Of a stretch of 64,000 nucleotides of DNA, positions 11,090 to 22,100 are shown one piece after another. The position numbers and the translations under genes were made by a program. Within the stretch, counting starts at the first letter, position 1. Every line of letters begins with the position of its first letter. Source of the stretch: Antedon mediterranea (taxonomy: Eukaryota; Animalia; Echinodermata); contig NW_027306098.1 in assembly GCF_964355755.1 (NCBI RefSeq), forward strand, positions 1-64,000, in the 5' to 3' direction. The notes below the pieces were generated by a model. The model was not told where the DNA came from and did no database searches. It was given only the letters and a program-made list of their open reading frames with translations.

Positions 11090-13723
11090 TTTTTTATTTA
11101 TTTATTTATTTATTCTGGTATAAAACTTACAACAAGTAGCCGCAAGGCTAAAAACGTTGCAATTACAAAATTACTATACAATACTTACATAACAAAAAAA
11201 AGGATGTAAAAAAATGAAATAACAACAATATCACTCTGACTTTTTGGCTCATGAACTATTGTTTAGCAAATTGATTATTGTAGGGATTGGTGAATTTTTA
11301 AATCTTTCGGTTCTCGGTTTGTATTGTTGATATTTGACCTTGCCGTTGCTTCGGAGAACACGAGGAATACTACGGATAGGGGGGAGCAAATAACTGAACT
11401 TGTCCGAATTCGACATCTTCTTGCCAAAAGTCAGTACAAGATTATCACGCCTGACTTTTAGCAAAGGTAAATTTAAAAATTCTAAAGCTAATTCATATGA
11501 AATGTAATTAAGGCCAAGAATAATTTTTAGGGCCCTTTTTTGAACCCTTTCGATAAGTTGGGTATGAAATTGTGTAATGGCACCATGCCATACAGGGCAG
11601 GCGTACTCCAATATAGGCCGAATGTAACTCAAATAAATACATTTCATATCGTCAACTGGGGCATTAGCCCTACGTAAAATACAGAGTGTAAATAACCTAC
11701 GGGAAGCCTTTGTAATTATTTCATTAACATGTAAATTCCACCTCAAGTCGTCTTGGATAAAAACTCCTAATAGCTTAATATGCTTCACAACCTGGAGTTC
11801 AGTGCCACTAAGAGAGAAGCTAGGAGGCGGTAACTCCCTTAACAAAAAATTAATTCTCATTATACTACATTTCTTGGGATTGGGGATCATATTGTTAACT
11901 TGGCACCAATTAGTCACATCGTCTAGGCTTGATTGCATAGATTGCTGTTTCCTATATTTAACGGATTCTCCAAGTGTAAGGTCATCTACATATTTCCATC
12001 CCCTGCAGCTTCCCGTGGAGATATCATTGATTAAAATGAGGAATAATATTGGTCCCAATTTGGTTCCTTGTGGGACACCACATGTTATTTCTTTATAAGG
12101 CGAGGTACAGTTATTGAATTTGGTGTTCATTTTACGATTTGTAAGGAAGCTGCAGATGATGGGAATAAGAGATGACCTCACACCCAAATGGATAAGCTTA
12201 CTAATGACAATGGTATGATCGACTCGATCAAACGCTTTAGCGAAATCAATCGTACATATATTAAAAAAAGTACCACTAGTTTCCAGATCACTAACAACCG
12301 TATTGATTAAGTCAATAAGGTAATGTACTGTTGAGGAGCCTTTTTGACATCCAAATTGTTTCTTATCTAGCAGTCCATTAATGTCCTCTGAAATCCATGA
12401 AACAATAAACGATTCAAAAACTCTGGAAAAAATTGGTGTCAGGGATATAGGACGCAGGTCCTGTAGTGATGATGCATTGCTAACTTTAGGGATAGGTATT
12501 GCAGTCGCTAATTTCCATATCTCGGGGAAAACTCCCTCAGAGAGACAGGCGTTAAATACATCAGCTAATACTGGAGATATTTCATCCCTAAATTCTTTAA
12601 TTAATTTAATAGGGGGGTCGTCAGGATGACCTGACTTACTGGCATTTAATTTACTTAATATTTTTAGAACTTGGCCTGAAAAGATTGTAGGTGGTGGGCT
12701 TTCAGCTGGTAAAAAGGCTGGTAAAGCTTTTAAATCTAATGACGGTAGTTGACAGCATATAGAGGCAAAATAATCATTCATTTTTATCGCTGATTCAGTA
12801 TAAGATTCACCTGGAAACTTTATGTTTGGTTTATTTTTAAAGTTGCACAAGTTACGTACGCTTTTGTGAAATTTTGCAGGGTTATTAAGTTTAAGACATC
12901 TAATATTATCCTTGTAAAATGATTCCTTAGCAGTTTTGATAGCTCTTTGTACACAGTTTCTTAGCTTTTTCCATTCGTTTTCCGGTACTCGTTTATATGC
13001 TTGTTGTCTTTCATCCAGCAGGCGTCTTATTTTAGTGGTTATCCACGGTCGGTCAGCAACACGTTTACGAAGACTCTTAATTGGGAAACTATGATTGAAA
13101 GCACTTCTCAGTGATAGCGTAAGCGCATCAGTTTTACCATTACAGGTATCAGCGTCAAATACTTCATCCCAACCATGGCTGGTTATCCACTGACCAAAGC
13201 TTCTAATTGAAGAGTCGGTGTAAGGTCTCAATTTTATGTGAACGTATTTTGATTGTATGATCTCATTGAGTGGCATGACGACGATAGAATCATGATCACT
13301 ACGCCCTAAAGGCGCATGGCGTTCTGGAAGGTGATAATGTTCGGGATGGCTCATAAAGATCTTATCAAGAAGAGACGTCCCACGTGTATGAAAATTAACG
13401 ATCTGGGTTAAGGCAAGACTAGACGTGAGTTGGTCAGTGTCTAAGTCGTTAAAATCACCCAATATGATAATAGGTGTAGACATGTCTTTGGTGCGAATAG
13501 AATCAACTGTCTGTATTAGATGGTTTAACAAATCCTCACTACCTTCTGCTGATGGTGGGTAATAAACAGCCCCAATGTAAATGTTTTGCGACGTTCTGCC
13601 AGTAGTAGGTGACACTATTTTCCTCCAACAACATTCGTAGTTACATAAAGGATGCTCGTCGATAGTATTCACACAAAACTTTTCTGCTACAAACAAAGCG
13701 ATTCCCCCGCCACTACGTTCGAA
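11090..13723 (-). mobile_element. 5'-truncated non-LTR retrotransposon (CR1/L2-group LINE) nested in gag
   Basis: APE motifs (RSGGGIAL, AVYYPP, GDFN, LDKIF, SDH); LINE RT (RPISLT, DFAKAFD, GVPQGTKLGP, YVDD, LLGV); 3' UTR with hairpin and (TAAA)5 plus A-run. Removing it restores gag ...GAC AAT|ATC GTA...; AAT flanks both ends (possible 3-bp TSD or microhomology). Clade call is from motifs only. Confidence 0.93.
11127..11162 (-). other. LINE 3'-terminal stem-loop
   Basis: TAGCC-TTGC-GGCTA (11137-11150) inside an outer TTGCAAC/GTTGTAA pairing, just upstream of the (TAAA)n tail, as expected for CR1/L2-type 3' ends. Confidence 0.7.
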
Positions 13724-14260
13724 ATTGTCAATAGTGGCATCGATTGGGGTGGACATGGCTACAGCTGCTCTACATTTTGGTGGAAGGGTCGAAATAAATT
13801 TATTCTTTATCTGCTGGTCAGCGTATCCAATTCTGTCTGCGGCTTGTTTGATTTTGGTTAAGTGCTTTTCGGCGTTGTCGCCAGTGGTGTATGTAATTGA
13901 ATCGTATTCTCTTATGTGCGCATAGATTGATTTGTTTTTACTAAACCTGTTGATGAATTGGGTTTTTAAGGATTCTAGTGAATCGAACTGCTTTCCCTCA
14001 ATCCAGAGTCTAGCTTGGCCCTGAAGGCTACGTTTGAAAATACTTATTACATTAAATAATTGCGCATTGTTTACAGGGTTTTCTAAAGTGTGGGCCTCAA
14101 GGTAGTCGGTAAACGATAAGTAGTGTGCACTACATTGGTCGTGATCGGTTATGGAACCGTCATATCTTTTGGGAAGGAAATCGGTTTGTCTTAGGTGGGG
14201 CACGGGGTGAGGATTGACGGGCTCATTTAAAATTACTTCGTTATCAACAATGTCGACCAT
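11249..14260 (-). CDS. Chimeric ORF: Gypsy Gag N-terminus (aa 1-179) fused in frame to LINE truncated endonuclease and RT (aa 180-1003)
   Basis: Uninterrupted 1003 aa. N-terminus is retrotransposon-Gag-like (PKRYDG...FKRSLQGQARLWI...LKTQFINRF); switch at TIDN|FERSGGGIAL (13724/13723). Expression unknown. Confidence 0.85.
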   Translation of the reverse strand: MVDIVDNEVILNEPVNPHPVPHLRQTDFLPKRYDGSITDHDQCSAHYLSFTDYLEAHTLENPVNNAQLFNVISIFKRSLQGQARLWIEGKQFDSLESLKTQFINRFSKNKSIYAHIREYDSITYTTGDNAEKHLTKIKQAADRIGYADQQIKNKFISTLPPKCRAAVAMSTPIDATIDNFERSGGGIALFVAEKFCVNTIDEHPLCNYECCWRKIVSPTTGRTSQNIYIGAVYYPPSAEGSEDLLNHLIQTVDSIRTKDMSTPIIILGDFNDLDTDQLTSSLALTQIVNFHTRGTSLLDKIFMSHPEHYHLPERHAPLGRSDHDSIVVMPLNEIIQSKYVHIKLRPYTDSSIRSFGQWITSHGWDEVFDADTCNGKTDALTLSLRSAFNHSFPIKSLRKRVADRPWITTKIRRLLDERQQAYKRVPENEWKKLRNCVQRAIKTAKESFYKDNIRCLKLNNPAKFHKSVRNLCNFKNKPNIKFPGESYTESAIKMNDYFASICCQLPSLDLKALPAFLPAESPPPTIFSGQVLKILSKLNASKSGHPDDPPIKLIKEFRDEISPVLADVFNACLSEGVFPEIWKLATAIPIPKVSNASSLQDLRPISLTPIFSRVFESFIVSWISEDINGLLDKKQFGCQKGSSTVHYLIDLINTVVSDLETSGTFFNICTIDFAKAFDRVDHTIVISKLIHLGVRSSLIPIICSFLTNRKMNTKFNNCTSPYKEITCGVPQGTKLGPILFLILINDISTGSCRGWKYVDDLTLGESVKYRKQQSMQSSLDDVTNWCQVNNMIPNPKKCSIMRINFLLRELPPPSFSLSGTELQVVKHIKLLGVFIQDDLRWNLHVNEIITKASRRLFTLCILRRANAPVDDMKCIYLSYIRPILEYACPVWHGAITQFHTQLIERVQKRALKIILGLNYISYELALEFLNLPLLKVRRDNLVLTFGKKMSNSDKFSYLLPPIRSIPRVLRSNGKVKYQQYKPRTERFKNSPIPTIINLLNNSS

Positions 14261-14399
14261 ACTTTATAATATTAATTATTCAAAATATCAAAAACAATTT
14301 AGTGTATATATATGTAAACTCTCACTTTTCAATCAAGGTTACAAATCAAAAATCAAAATGGTTTTGACTTACCCCAAATGCTTCGGATCCAATTAAAAA

Positions 14400-14560
14400 T
14401 GAATTAAAGGAATGCAAAAAAGTGTTCAAAAATGTTCAAATGTTCAAACAACGAATTAAAAAAATGTTAAAAGTGTTCATCAATGTTCAAATTTTCAAAC
14501 AACGAATTCAAAAAAATGCGAAAGGTGTTCATCAATGTTTAAAATGGTCAAAAAAAATAA
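14400..14560. repeat. ~51-52-bp imperfect tandem repeat (~3 copies) in the 5' leader
   Basis: Units beginning (A/G)GTGTTCA at 14421, 14472 and 14524, with shared TTCAAACAACGAATT. Confidence 0.75.
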
Positions 14561-14656
14561 ATGTTAAAAAAAACGATCGAAAAAAAACGGCGTGAAGTTG
14601 AAAGTGTTCAAACGAAATAGTTCTTGTCCGCTTGCTTCTGTTTTGATTCTGCTTGG

Positions 14657-14861
14657 GTCTTCCTAGATTATCTTCTTTGTCTTTATCCAATGGTTATAAT
14701 TTGATAAAATTTCTGCTTGTCTCGATCTCATTCAAATATAATTTCAGCTTGTCTTTTGTGTCTTCCTCGATTATCTTCTTTGTCTTCATCCAATGGTAAT
14801 AATTTGATCAAATTTCTGCTTGTCTCGATCTCATTCAAATATAATTTCAGCTTGTCTTTTG
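14657..14861. repeat. 103-bp tandem duplication in the 5' leader
   Basis: TCTTCCT.GATTATCTTCTTTG...CAGCTTGTCTTTTG at 14658 and 14761, about 4 mismatches. Confidence 0.92.
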
Positions 14862-14979
14862 AATCAAAGTAAATTTCTGGTTTTCTCCTTTCAAACAAAT
14901 ATGGTTATTTTTGTCTTCGTCTTCGTCTTCGTGTCTTGTTAAGTGTTTATTTCTTGTTTTCTCACTCCGTTCCTTATGA

Positions 14980-14997
14980 AATTTGGGTCTTCCACCA
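14980..14997 (-). promoter_or_regulatory. Primer-binding site (tRNA identity uncertain)
   Basis: TGGTGGAAGACCCAAATT directly follows the 5' LTR ...ACA; TGG pairs with tRNA CCA; TGGTGGA would fit a tRNA-Ala-type 3' end but the match is short. Confidence 0.75.
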
Positions 14998-15583
14998 TGT
15001 AATATAATGTTGCGTTGTTGAGGTACTAATGAAGACTCTTACCCGCTGGACTGTCGTAACACATATATTGTTTATTCAGTATAATACTTCAGTACAATAT
15101 ACAACTATAAGTATAGATAAAAAACAGAGAATACAGTGATGCTGTCGGTGAGGTGTGAAGTGTGTAGGTCTGCTTCTGAAGAAGTGGCTGTGAGGTGTGT
15201 CTGGGCCCTTCTGAAACTTGGGAGTATATTGGCCCTCGGTTCATTTACATATGTCACTACGTAATCTTAGAGGTTACTGATTGGTCCTAAGTTGGTCCAG
15301 GGGTGTTTAAGTGGGAGTGATTAACGGTATAATAAGGTATTTCTGTGATGGATAACACTGTCAAATCTGTACTTAAATAGTGTCGATCACTCCTGGTTTA
15401 ACGATGGGAAAAGTCACAAAATTAAGCTAAGTGTTTTCTTTAGGGATTCTATTATAAACTAAATGGTCATTAAAACATCTGGACAAACTCTCCTCTGGAC
15501 TTTCTGGGTCAAGTTTGTGAACCTATTTGAATTCCGATACAAAGGTCGATTTCTTAAATATAAAAGTATATCGTTATATTACA
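14998..15583 (-). repeat. 5' LTR (586 bp)
   Basis: Copy of 4622-5207 with 5 substitutions; minus-strand CCAAT at 15280-15284 and 15228-15232; AATAAA at 15071-15076. Confidence 0.97.
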
Positions 15584-16133
15584 TTGATTACACAAAAATA
15601 TCAAAGTGCTTAAAATCACATTTGAAACCGTTTTAGACCATTTTGTGCATTTCGATGAAACTTTTCACACAAAAACCTCAAAGTGCACAAAATAGCTTCA
15701 AATCGCATTTGGAGACGTTTTAGACCATTTTGAGCATTTCGATGAAACTTTTCACACAAAAACGACAAAGTGCACAAAATAGCTTCAAATCGCATTTAGA
15801 GACGTTCTAGACCATTTTGTGCATTTCGATGAAACTTTTCACACAAAAACATCAAAGTGCACAAAATAGCTTCAAATCGCATTTAGAGACGTTTTAGACC
15901 ATTTTGTGCATTTCGATGAAACTTTTCACAAAAAAACATCAAAGTGCACAAAATAGCTTCAAATCGCATTTGGAGACGTTTTAGACCATTTTGAGCATTT
16001 CGATGAAACTTTTCACACAAAAACGACAAAGTGCACAAAATAGCTTCAAATCGCATTTAGAGACGTTTTAGACCATTTTGTGCATTTCGATGAAACTTTT
16101 CACACAAAAACATCAAAGTGCACAAAATAGCTT
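15584..16133 (+). repeat. Satellite, ~6 monomers, same orientation as the left block
   Basis: Resumes in register after the TSD (TTGATTACACAAAAATATC). Confidence 0.97.
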
Positions 16134-19100
16134 TAAGCTATTGTATGCACTTTGATGTTTTTGTGTGAAAAGTTTTTTCGAAATGCACAAAATGGTCTAA
16201 AACGTCTCCAAATGTGATTTGGAGCTCTTTTGTGCACTTTGATGTTTTGTGTAAAAAGTTTTATAGAAATGCTCAAAATGGTCTAAAACGTTTTCAAATG
16301 TGATTTTAAGCACTTTAATGTTTTGTGTGAAAAGTTTTATCGAAATGCTCAAAATGGTCTAAAACGGTTTCAAATGTGATTTTAAGCACTTTGATATTTT
16401 TGTGTATTCAAGTTTTTTTCGAAATGCACAACATGGTCTAAAACGTCTCCAAATGCGATTTGAAACTATTTTGTGCACTTTGATGTTTTGTGTAATGAAA
16501 CGCACAAAATGGTCTAAAACGTCTCCAAATGCGATTTGAAGCTATTTTGTGCACTTTGTTGTTTTGTGTGAAAAGTTTCATCGAAATGCACAAAATTGTC
16601 TAAAACGTCTCCAAATACGATTTGAAGCTATTTTGTGCACTTTGATGTTTTTGTGTGAAAAGTTTCATCGAAATGCACAAAATGGTCTAAAACGTCTCTC
16701 AATGCGATTTGAAGCTATTTTGTGCACATTGATGTTTTTGTGTGAAAAGTTTCATCGAAATGCACAAAATGTTCTAAAACGTCTCCAAATACGATATTAA
16801 GCTATTGTATGTATTTTGATGTTTTTGTGTGAAAAGTTTTATCGAAATACTCAAAATGGTCTAAAACGGTTTCAAATGTGATTTTAAGCACTTTGAGGTT
16901 TTTGTGTAATCAAATTTCATCGAAATGCACAAAATGGTCTAAAACGTCTCCAAATGCGATTTGAAGCTATTTTGTGCACTTTGATGTTTTGTGTGAAAAG
17001 TTTCATCGAAATGCACAAATTGGTCTAAAACGTCTCCAAATACGATATTAAGTTATTGTATGTACTTTGTTGTTTTTGTGTGAAAAGTTTCATCGAAATG
17101 CACAAATTGGTCTAAAACGACTCCAAATGCGATTTGAAGCTATTTTATGCACTTTGATGTTTTGTGTGAAAAGTTTCATCGAAAATCACAAAATGGTCAA
17201 AAACGTCTCCAAATACGATTATAAGCTGTTGTATGCACATTGATGTTTTTGGTTGAAAAGTTTCATCGAAATGCACAAAATGGTCTAAAACGTCTCCAAA
17301 TACGATATTAAGCTATTGTATGCACTTTGTTGTTTTTGTGTGAAAAGTTTCATCGAAATGCACAAAATGGTCTAAAACGTCTCCAAATGCGATTTGAAGC
17401 TATTTTGTGCAATTTGATGGTTTTGTGTGAAAAGTTTCATCGAAATGGACAAAATGGTCAAAAACGTCTCCAAATACGATAATAAACTATTGTATGCACT
17501 TTGATGTTTTTGTGTGAAAAGTTTTAACGAAATGCACAAAATGGTCTAAAACGTCTCCAAATCCATTTTTAAGCTATTCTAAGCACTTTGGTGTTTTTAT
17601 GTTACCAAGTTTTTTCGAAATGCACAAAATGGTCTAAAACGTCTCTCAATGCGATTTGAAGCTATTTTGTGCACATTGATGTTTTTGTGTGAAAAGTTTC
17701 ATCGAAATGCACAAAATGTTCTAAAACGTCTCCAAATACGATATTAAGCTATTGTATGTATTTTGATGTTTTTGTGTGAAAAGTTTTATCGAAATACTCA
17801 AAATGGTCTAAAACGGTTTCAAATGTGATTTTAAGCACTTTGATGTTTTTGTGTAATCAAATTTCATCGAAATGCACAAAATGGTCTAAAACGTCTGCAA
17901 ATGCGATTTGAAGCTATTTTGTGCACTTTGATGTTTTGTGTAATAAAGTTTCATCGAAATGCTCAAAATGGTCTAAAACGTCTCAAAATGCGATTTGAAG
18001 CTATTTTGTACACTTTGATGTTTTGTGTGAAAAGTTTCATCGAAATGCACAAATTGGTCTAAAACGTCTCCAAATACGATATTAAGTTATTGTATGTACT
18101 TTGTTGTTTTTGTGTGAAAAGTTTCATCGAAATGCACCAATTGGTCTAAAACGTCTCCAAATGCGATTTGAAGCTATTTTGTGCACTTTGATGTTTTGTG
18201 TGAAAAGTTTCATCGAAAATCACAAAATGGTCTAAAACGTCTCCAAATACGATTATAAGCTGTTGTATGCACATTGATGTTTTTGGTTGAAAAGTTTCAT
18301 CGAAATGCACAAAATGGTCTAAAACGTCTCCAAAAACGATATTGAGCTATTGTATGCACTTTGTTGTTTTTGTGTGAAAAGTTTCATCGAAATGCACAAA
18401 ATGGTCTAAAACGTCTCCAAATGAGATTTGAAGCTATTTTGTGGAATTTGATGGTTTTGTGTGAAAAGTTTCATCGAAATGCACAAAATGGTCAAAAACG
18501 TCTCCAAATGCGATTTGAAACTATTTTGTGCAATTTGATGGTTTTGTGTGAAAAGTTTCATCGAAATGCACAAAATGGTCAAAAACGTCTCCAAATACGA
18601 TAATAAGCTATTGTATGCACTTTGATGTTTTCGTGTGAAAAGTTTTAACGAAATGCACAAAATGGTCTAAAACGTCTCCAAATCCATTTTTAAGCTATTC
18701 TAAGCACTTTGGTGTTTTTATGTTACCAAGTTTTTTCGAAATGCACAAAATGGTCTAAAACGTCTACAAATGCGATTTGAAGCTATTTTGTGCACTTTGA
18801 TGTTTTGTGTAATGAAACGCACAAAATGGTCAAAAACGTCTCCAAATGCGATTTGAAGCTATTTTGTGAACTTTGATGTTTTGTGTGAAAAGTTTCATCG
18901 AAATGCACAAAATTGTCTAAAACGTCTCCAAATACGTTATTAAGCTATTGTATGCACTTTGTTGTTTTTGAGTGAAAAGTTTCATCGAAATGCTCAAAAT
19001 GGTCTAAAACGTCTCCAAATGCGATTTGAAGCTATTTTGTGCACTTTGATGTTTTTGTGTGAAAAGTTTCATCGAAATGCACAAAATGGTCTAAAACCAT

Positions 19101-22100
19101 TACGATATTAAGCTATTGTATGTACTTTGTTGTTTTTGTGTGAAAAGTTTCATCGAAATGCACAAATTGGTCTAAAACGTCTCCAAATGCGATTTGAAGC
19201 TATTTTGTGCACTTTGATGTTTTGTGTGAAATGTTTCATCGAAATGCACAAAATGTTCTAAAACGTCTCCGAATACGATATTAAGCTATTGTATGTAGGC
19301 TACTTTGTTGTTTTTGTGTGAAAAGTTTCATCGAAATGCTCAAAATGTTTCATCGAAACGCACAACATGGTCTAAAACGTCTGCAAATGCGATTTGAAGC
19401 TATTTTGTGCACTTTGATGTTTTGTGTAATCAAGTTTCATCGAAATGCACAAAATGGTCTAAAACGTCTCCAAATGCGATTTGGAGCTATTTTGTGCACT
19501 TTGATGTTTTGTGTGAAAAATCAAAATGCACAAAATGGTCTAAAACGTCTCCAAATACGATATTAACCTATTGTATGCACTTTGTTGTTATTGTGTGAAA
19601 AGTTTCATCGAAATGCACAAAATGGTCTAAAACGTCTCCAAATGCGATTTGAAGATATTTTGTGCACTTTGATGTTTTTGTGTGAAAAGTTTCATCGAAA
19701 TGCACAAAATGGTCTAAAACGTCTCCAAATACGATATTAAGCTATTGTATGCACTTTGTTGTTTTTGTCTGAAAAGTTTTCCCGAAATGCACAAAATGGT
19801 CTAAAACGTCTCTAAATGTGATTTGAAGTTAATTTTTGCACTTTGATGTTTTTGTGTGAAAAGTTTCATCGAAATGCACAAAATGGTCTAAAACGTCTCC
19901 AAATATGATATTAGGCTATTGTATGCACTTTGTTGTTTTTGTCTGAAAAGTTTTCACGAATTTCAGAAAATGGTCTAAAACGTCTCTAAATGCGATTTGA
20001 ATTTATTTTGTGCACTTTGATGTTTTGTGCGAAAAGTTTTATCGAAATGCTCAAAGTGGTCTAAAACGGTTTCAAATGTGATTTTAAGCACTTTGATGTT
20101 TTTGCGTAATAAAGTTTCATCGAAATGCACAAAATGGTCTAAAACGTCTGCAAATGCGATATGAAGTTATTTTGTGCACTTTGATGTTTTGTGTAATCCA
20201 GTTTCATCGAAATGTACAAAATTGTCTAGAACCTCTCAAAATGCGATATTAAGCTATTGTATGCACTTTGTTGTTTTTGTGTAATAAAGTTTCATCGAAA
20301 TGCACAAAATGGTCTAAAACGTCTCCAAATGCAATTTGAAGCTATTTAGTGCACTTTGATGTTTTGTGTGAAAAGTTTCACCAAAATGCACAAAATGGTC
20401 TAAAACGTCTCCAAATACGATATTAAGCTATTGTATGCACTTTGATGTTTATGTGTGAAAAGTTTTTTCGAATGCAAAAAATTTTCTAAAACGTCTCCAA
20501 ATCCGACTTTGAGCTCTTTTGTGCACTTTGATGTTTTGTGTAATGAAAGGCACAAAATGGTCTAAAACGTCTCCAAATGCGATTTGAAGCTATTTTGTGC
20601 ACTTTGTTGTTTTCGTGTGAAAAGTTTCATCGAAATGCTCAAAATGGTCTAAAACGTCTCCAAATGCGATTTGAAGATATTTTGTGCACTTTGATGTTTT
20701 TGTGTGAAAAGTTTCATAGAAATGCACAAAATGGTCTAAAACGTCTCCAAATACGATATTAACCTATTGTATGCACTTTGTTGTTTTCGTGTGAAAAGTT
20801 TCATCGAAATGCTCAAAATGGTCTAAAACGTCTCCAAATGCGATTTGAAGATATTTTGTGCACTTTGATGTTTTTGTGTGAAAAGTTTCATAGAAATGCA
20901 CAAAATGGTCTAAAACGTCTCCAAATGCGATTTGAAGATATTTTGTGCACTTTGATGTTTTTGTGTGAAAAGTTTCATCGAAATGCACAAAATGGTCTAA
21001 AACGTCTCCAAATACGATATTAAGCTATTGTATGCACTTTGTTGTTTTTGTCTGAAAAGTTTTCATCGAAATGCACAAAATGTTCTAAAACGTCTCCAAA
21101 TACGATATTAAGCTATTGTATGTATTTTGATGTTTTTGTGTGAAAAGTTTTATCGAAATGCTCAAAATGGTCTAAAACGGTTTCAAATGTGATTTTAAGC
21201 ACTTTGATGTTTTTGTGTAATCAAGTTTCATCGAAACGCACAACATGGTCTAAAACGTCTGCAAATGCGATTTGAAGCTATTTTGTGCACTTTGATGTTT
21301 TGTGTAATCAAGTTTCATCGAAATGCACAAAATGGTCTAAAACGTCTCCAAATGCGATTTGGAGCTATTTTGTGCACTTTGATGTTTTGTGTGAAAAATC
21401 AAAATGCACAAAATGGTCTAAAACGTCTCCAAATACGATATTAACCTATTGTATGCACTTTGTTGTTATTGTGTGAAAAGTCTCATCGAAATGCTCAAAA
21501 TGGTCTAAAACGTCTCCAAATGCGATTTGAAGATATTTTGTGCACTTTGATGTTTTTGTGTGAAAAGTTTCATCGAAATGCACAAAATGGTCTAAAACGT
21601 CTCCAAATACGATATTAAGCTATTTTATGCACTTTGTTGTTTTTGTGTGAAAAGTTTTCACGAAATGCACAAAATGGTCTAAAACGTCTCTAAATGCGAT
21701 TTGAAGTTAATTTTTGCACTTTGATGTTTTTGTGTAAAAAGTTTCATCGAAATGCACAAAATGGTCTAAAACGTCTCCAAATATGATATTAGGCTATTGT
21801 ATGCACTTTGTTGTTTTTGTCTGAAAAGTTTTCACGAAATTCACAAAATGATCTAAAACGTCTCTAAATGCGATTTTAATTTATTTTGTGCACTTTGATA
21901 TTTTGTGTGAAAAGTTTTATCGAAATGCTCAAAGTGGTCTAAAACGGTTTCAAATGTGATTTTAAGCACTTTGATGTTTTTGTGTAATAAAGTTTCATCG
22001 AAATGCACAAAATGGTCTAAAACGTCTGCAAATGCGATATGAAGTTATTTTGTGCACTTTGATGTTTTGTGTAATCCAGTTTCATCGAAATGTACAAAAT

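Larger units (their letters stand above)
4622..15583 (-). mobile_element. Full-length Ty3/Gypsy LTR retrotransposon with degenerate pol and a nested LINE
   Basis: Two 586-bp direct LTRs bounded TG...CA; TTGA at 4618-4621 and 15584-15587 duplicates the satellite site AACTTGATTACAC; domain order gag-PR-RT-RNaseH-IN is the Gypsy order; PBS and PPT present. Confidence 0.97.

Noticed and set aside
11249-14260. The 1003-aa ORF as an ordinary complete LINE ORF2 or host gene
   Set aside because: The first 179 aa rejoin the CCHC-bearing gag half in frame once the LINE is removed (~319-aa Gag), and the N-terminal APE motifs are absent.
6114-14396. Plus-strand ORFs of 60-148 aa inside the element
   Set aside because: Antisense shadows of pol, gag and LINE coding sequence with no motifs.
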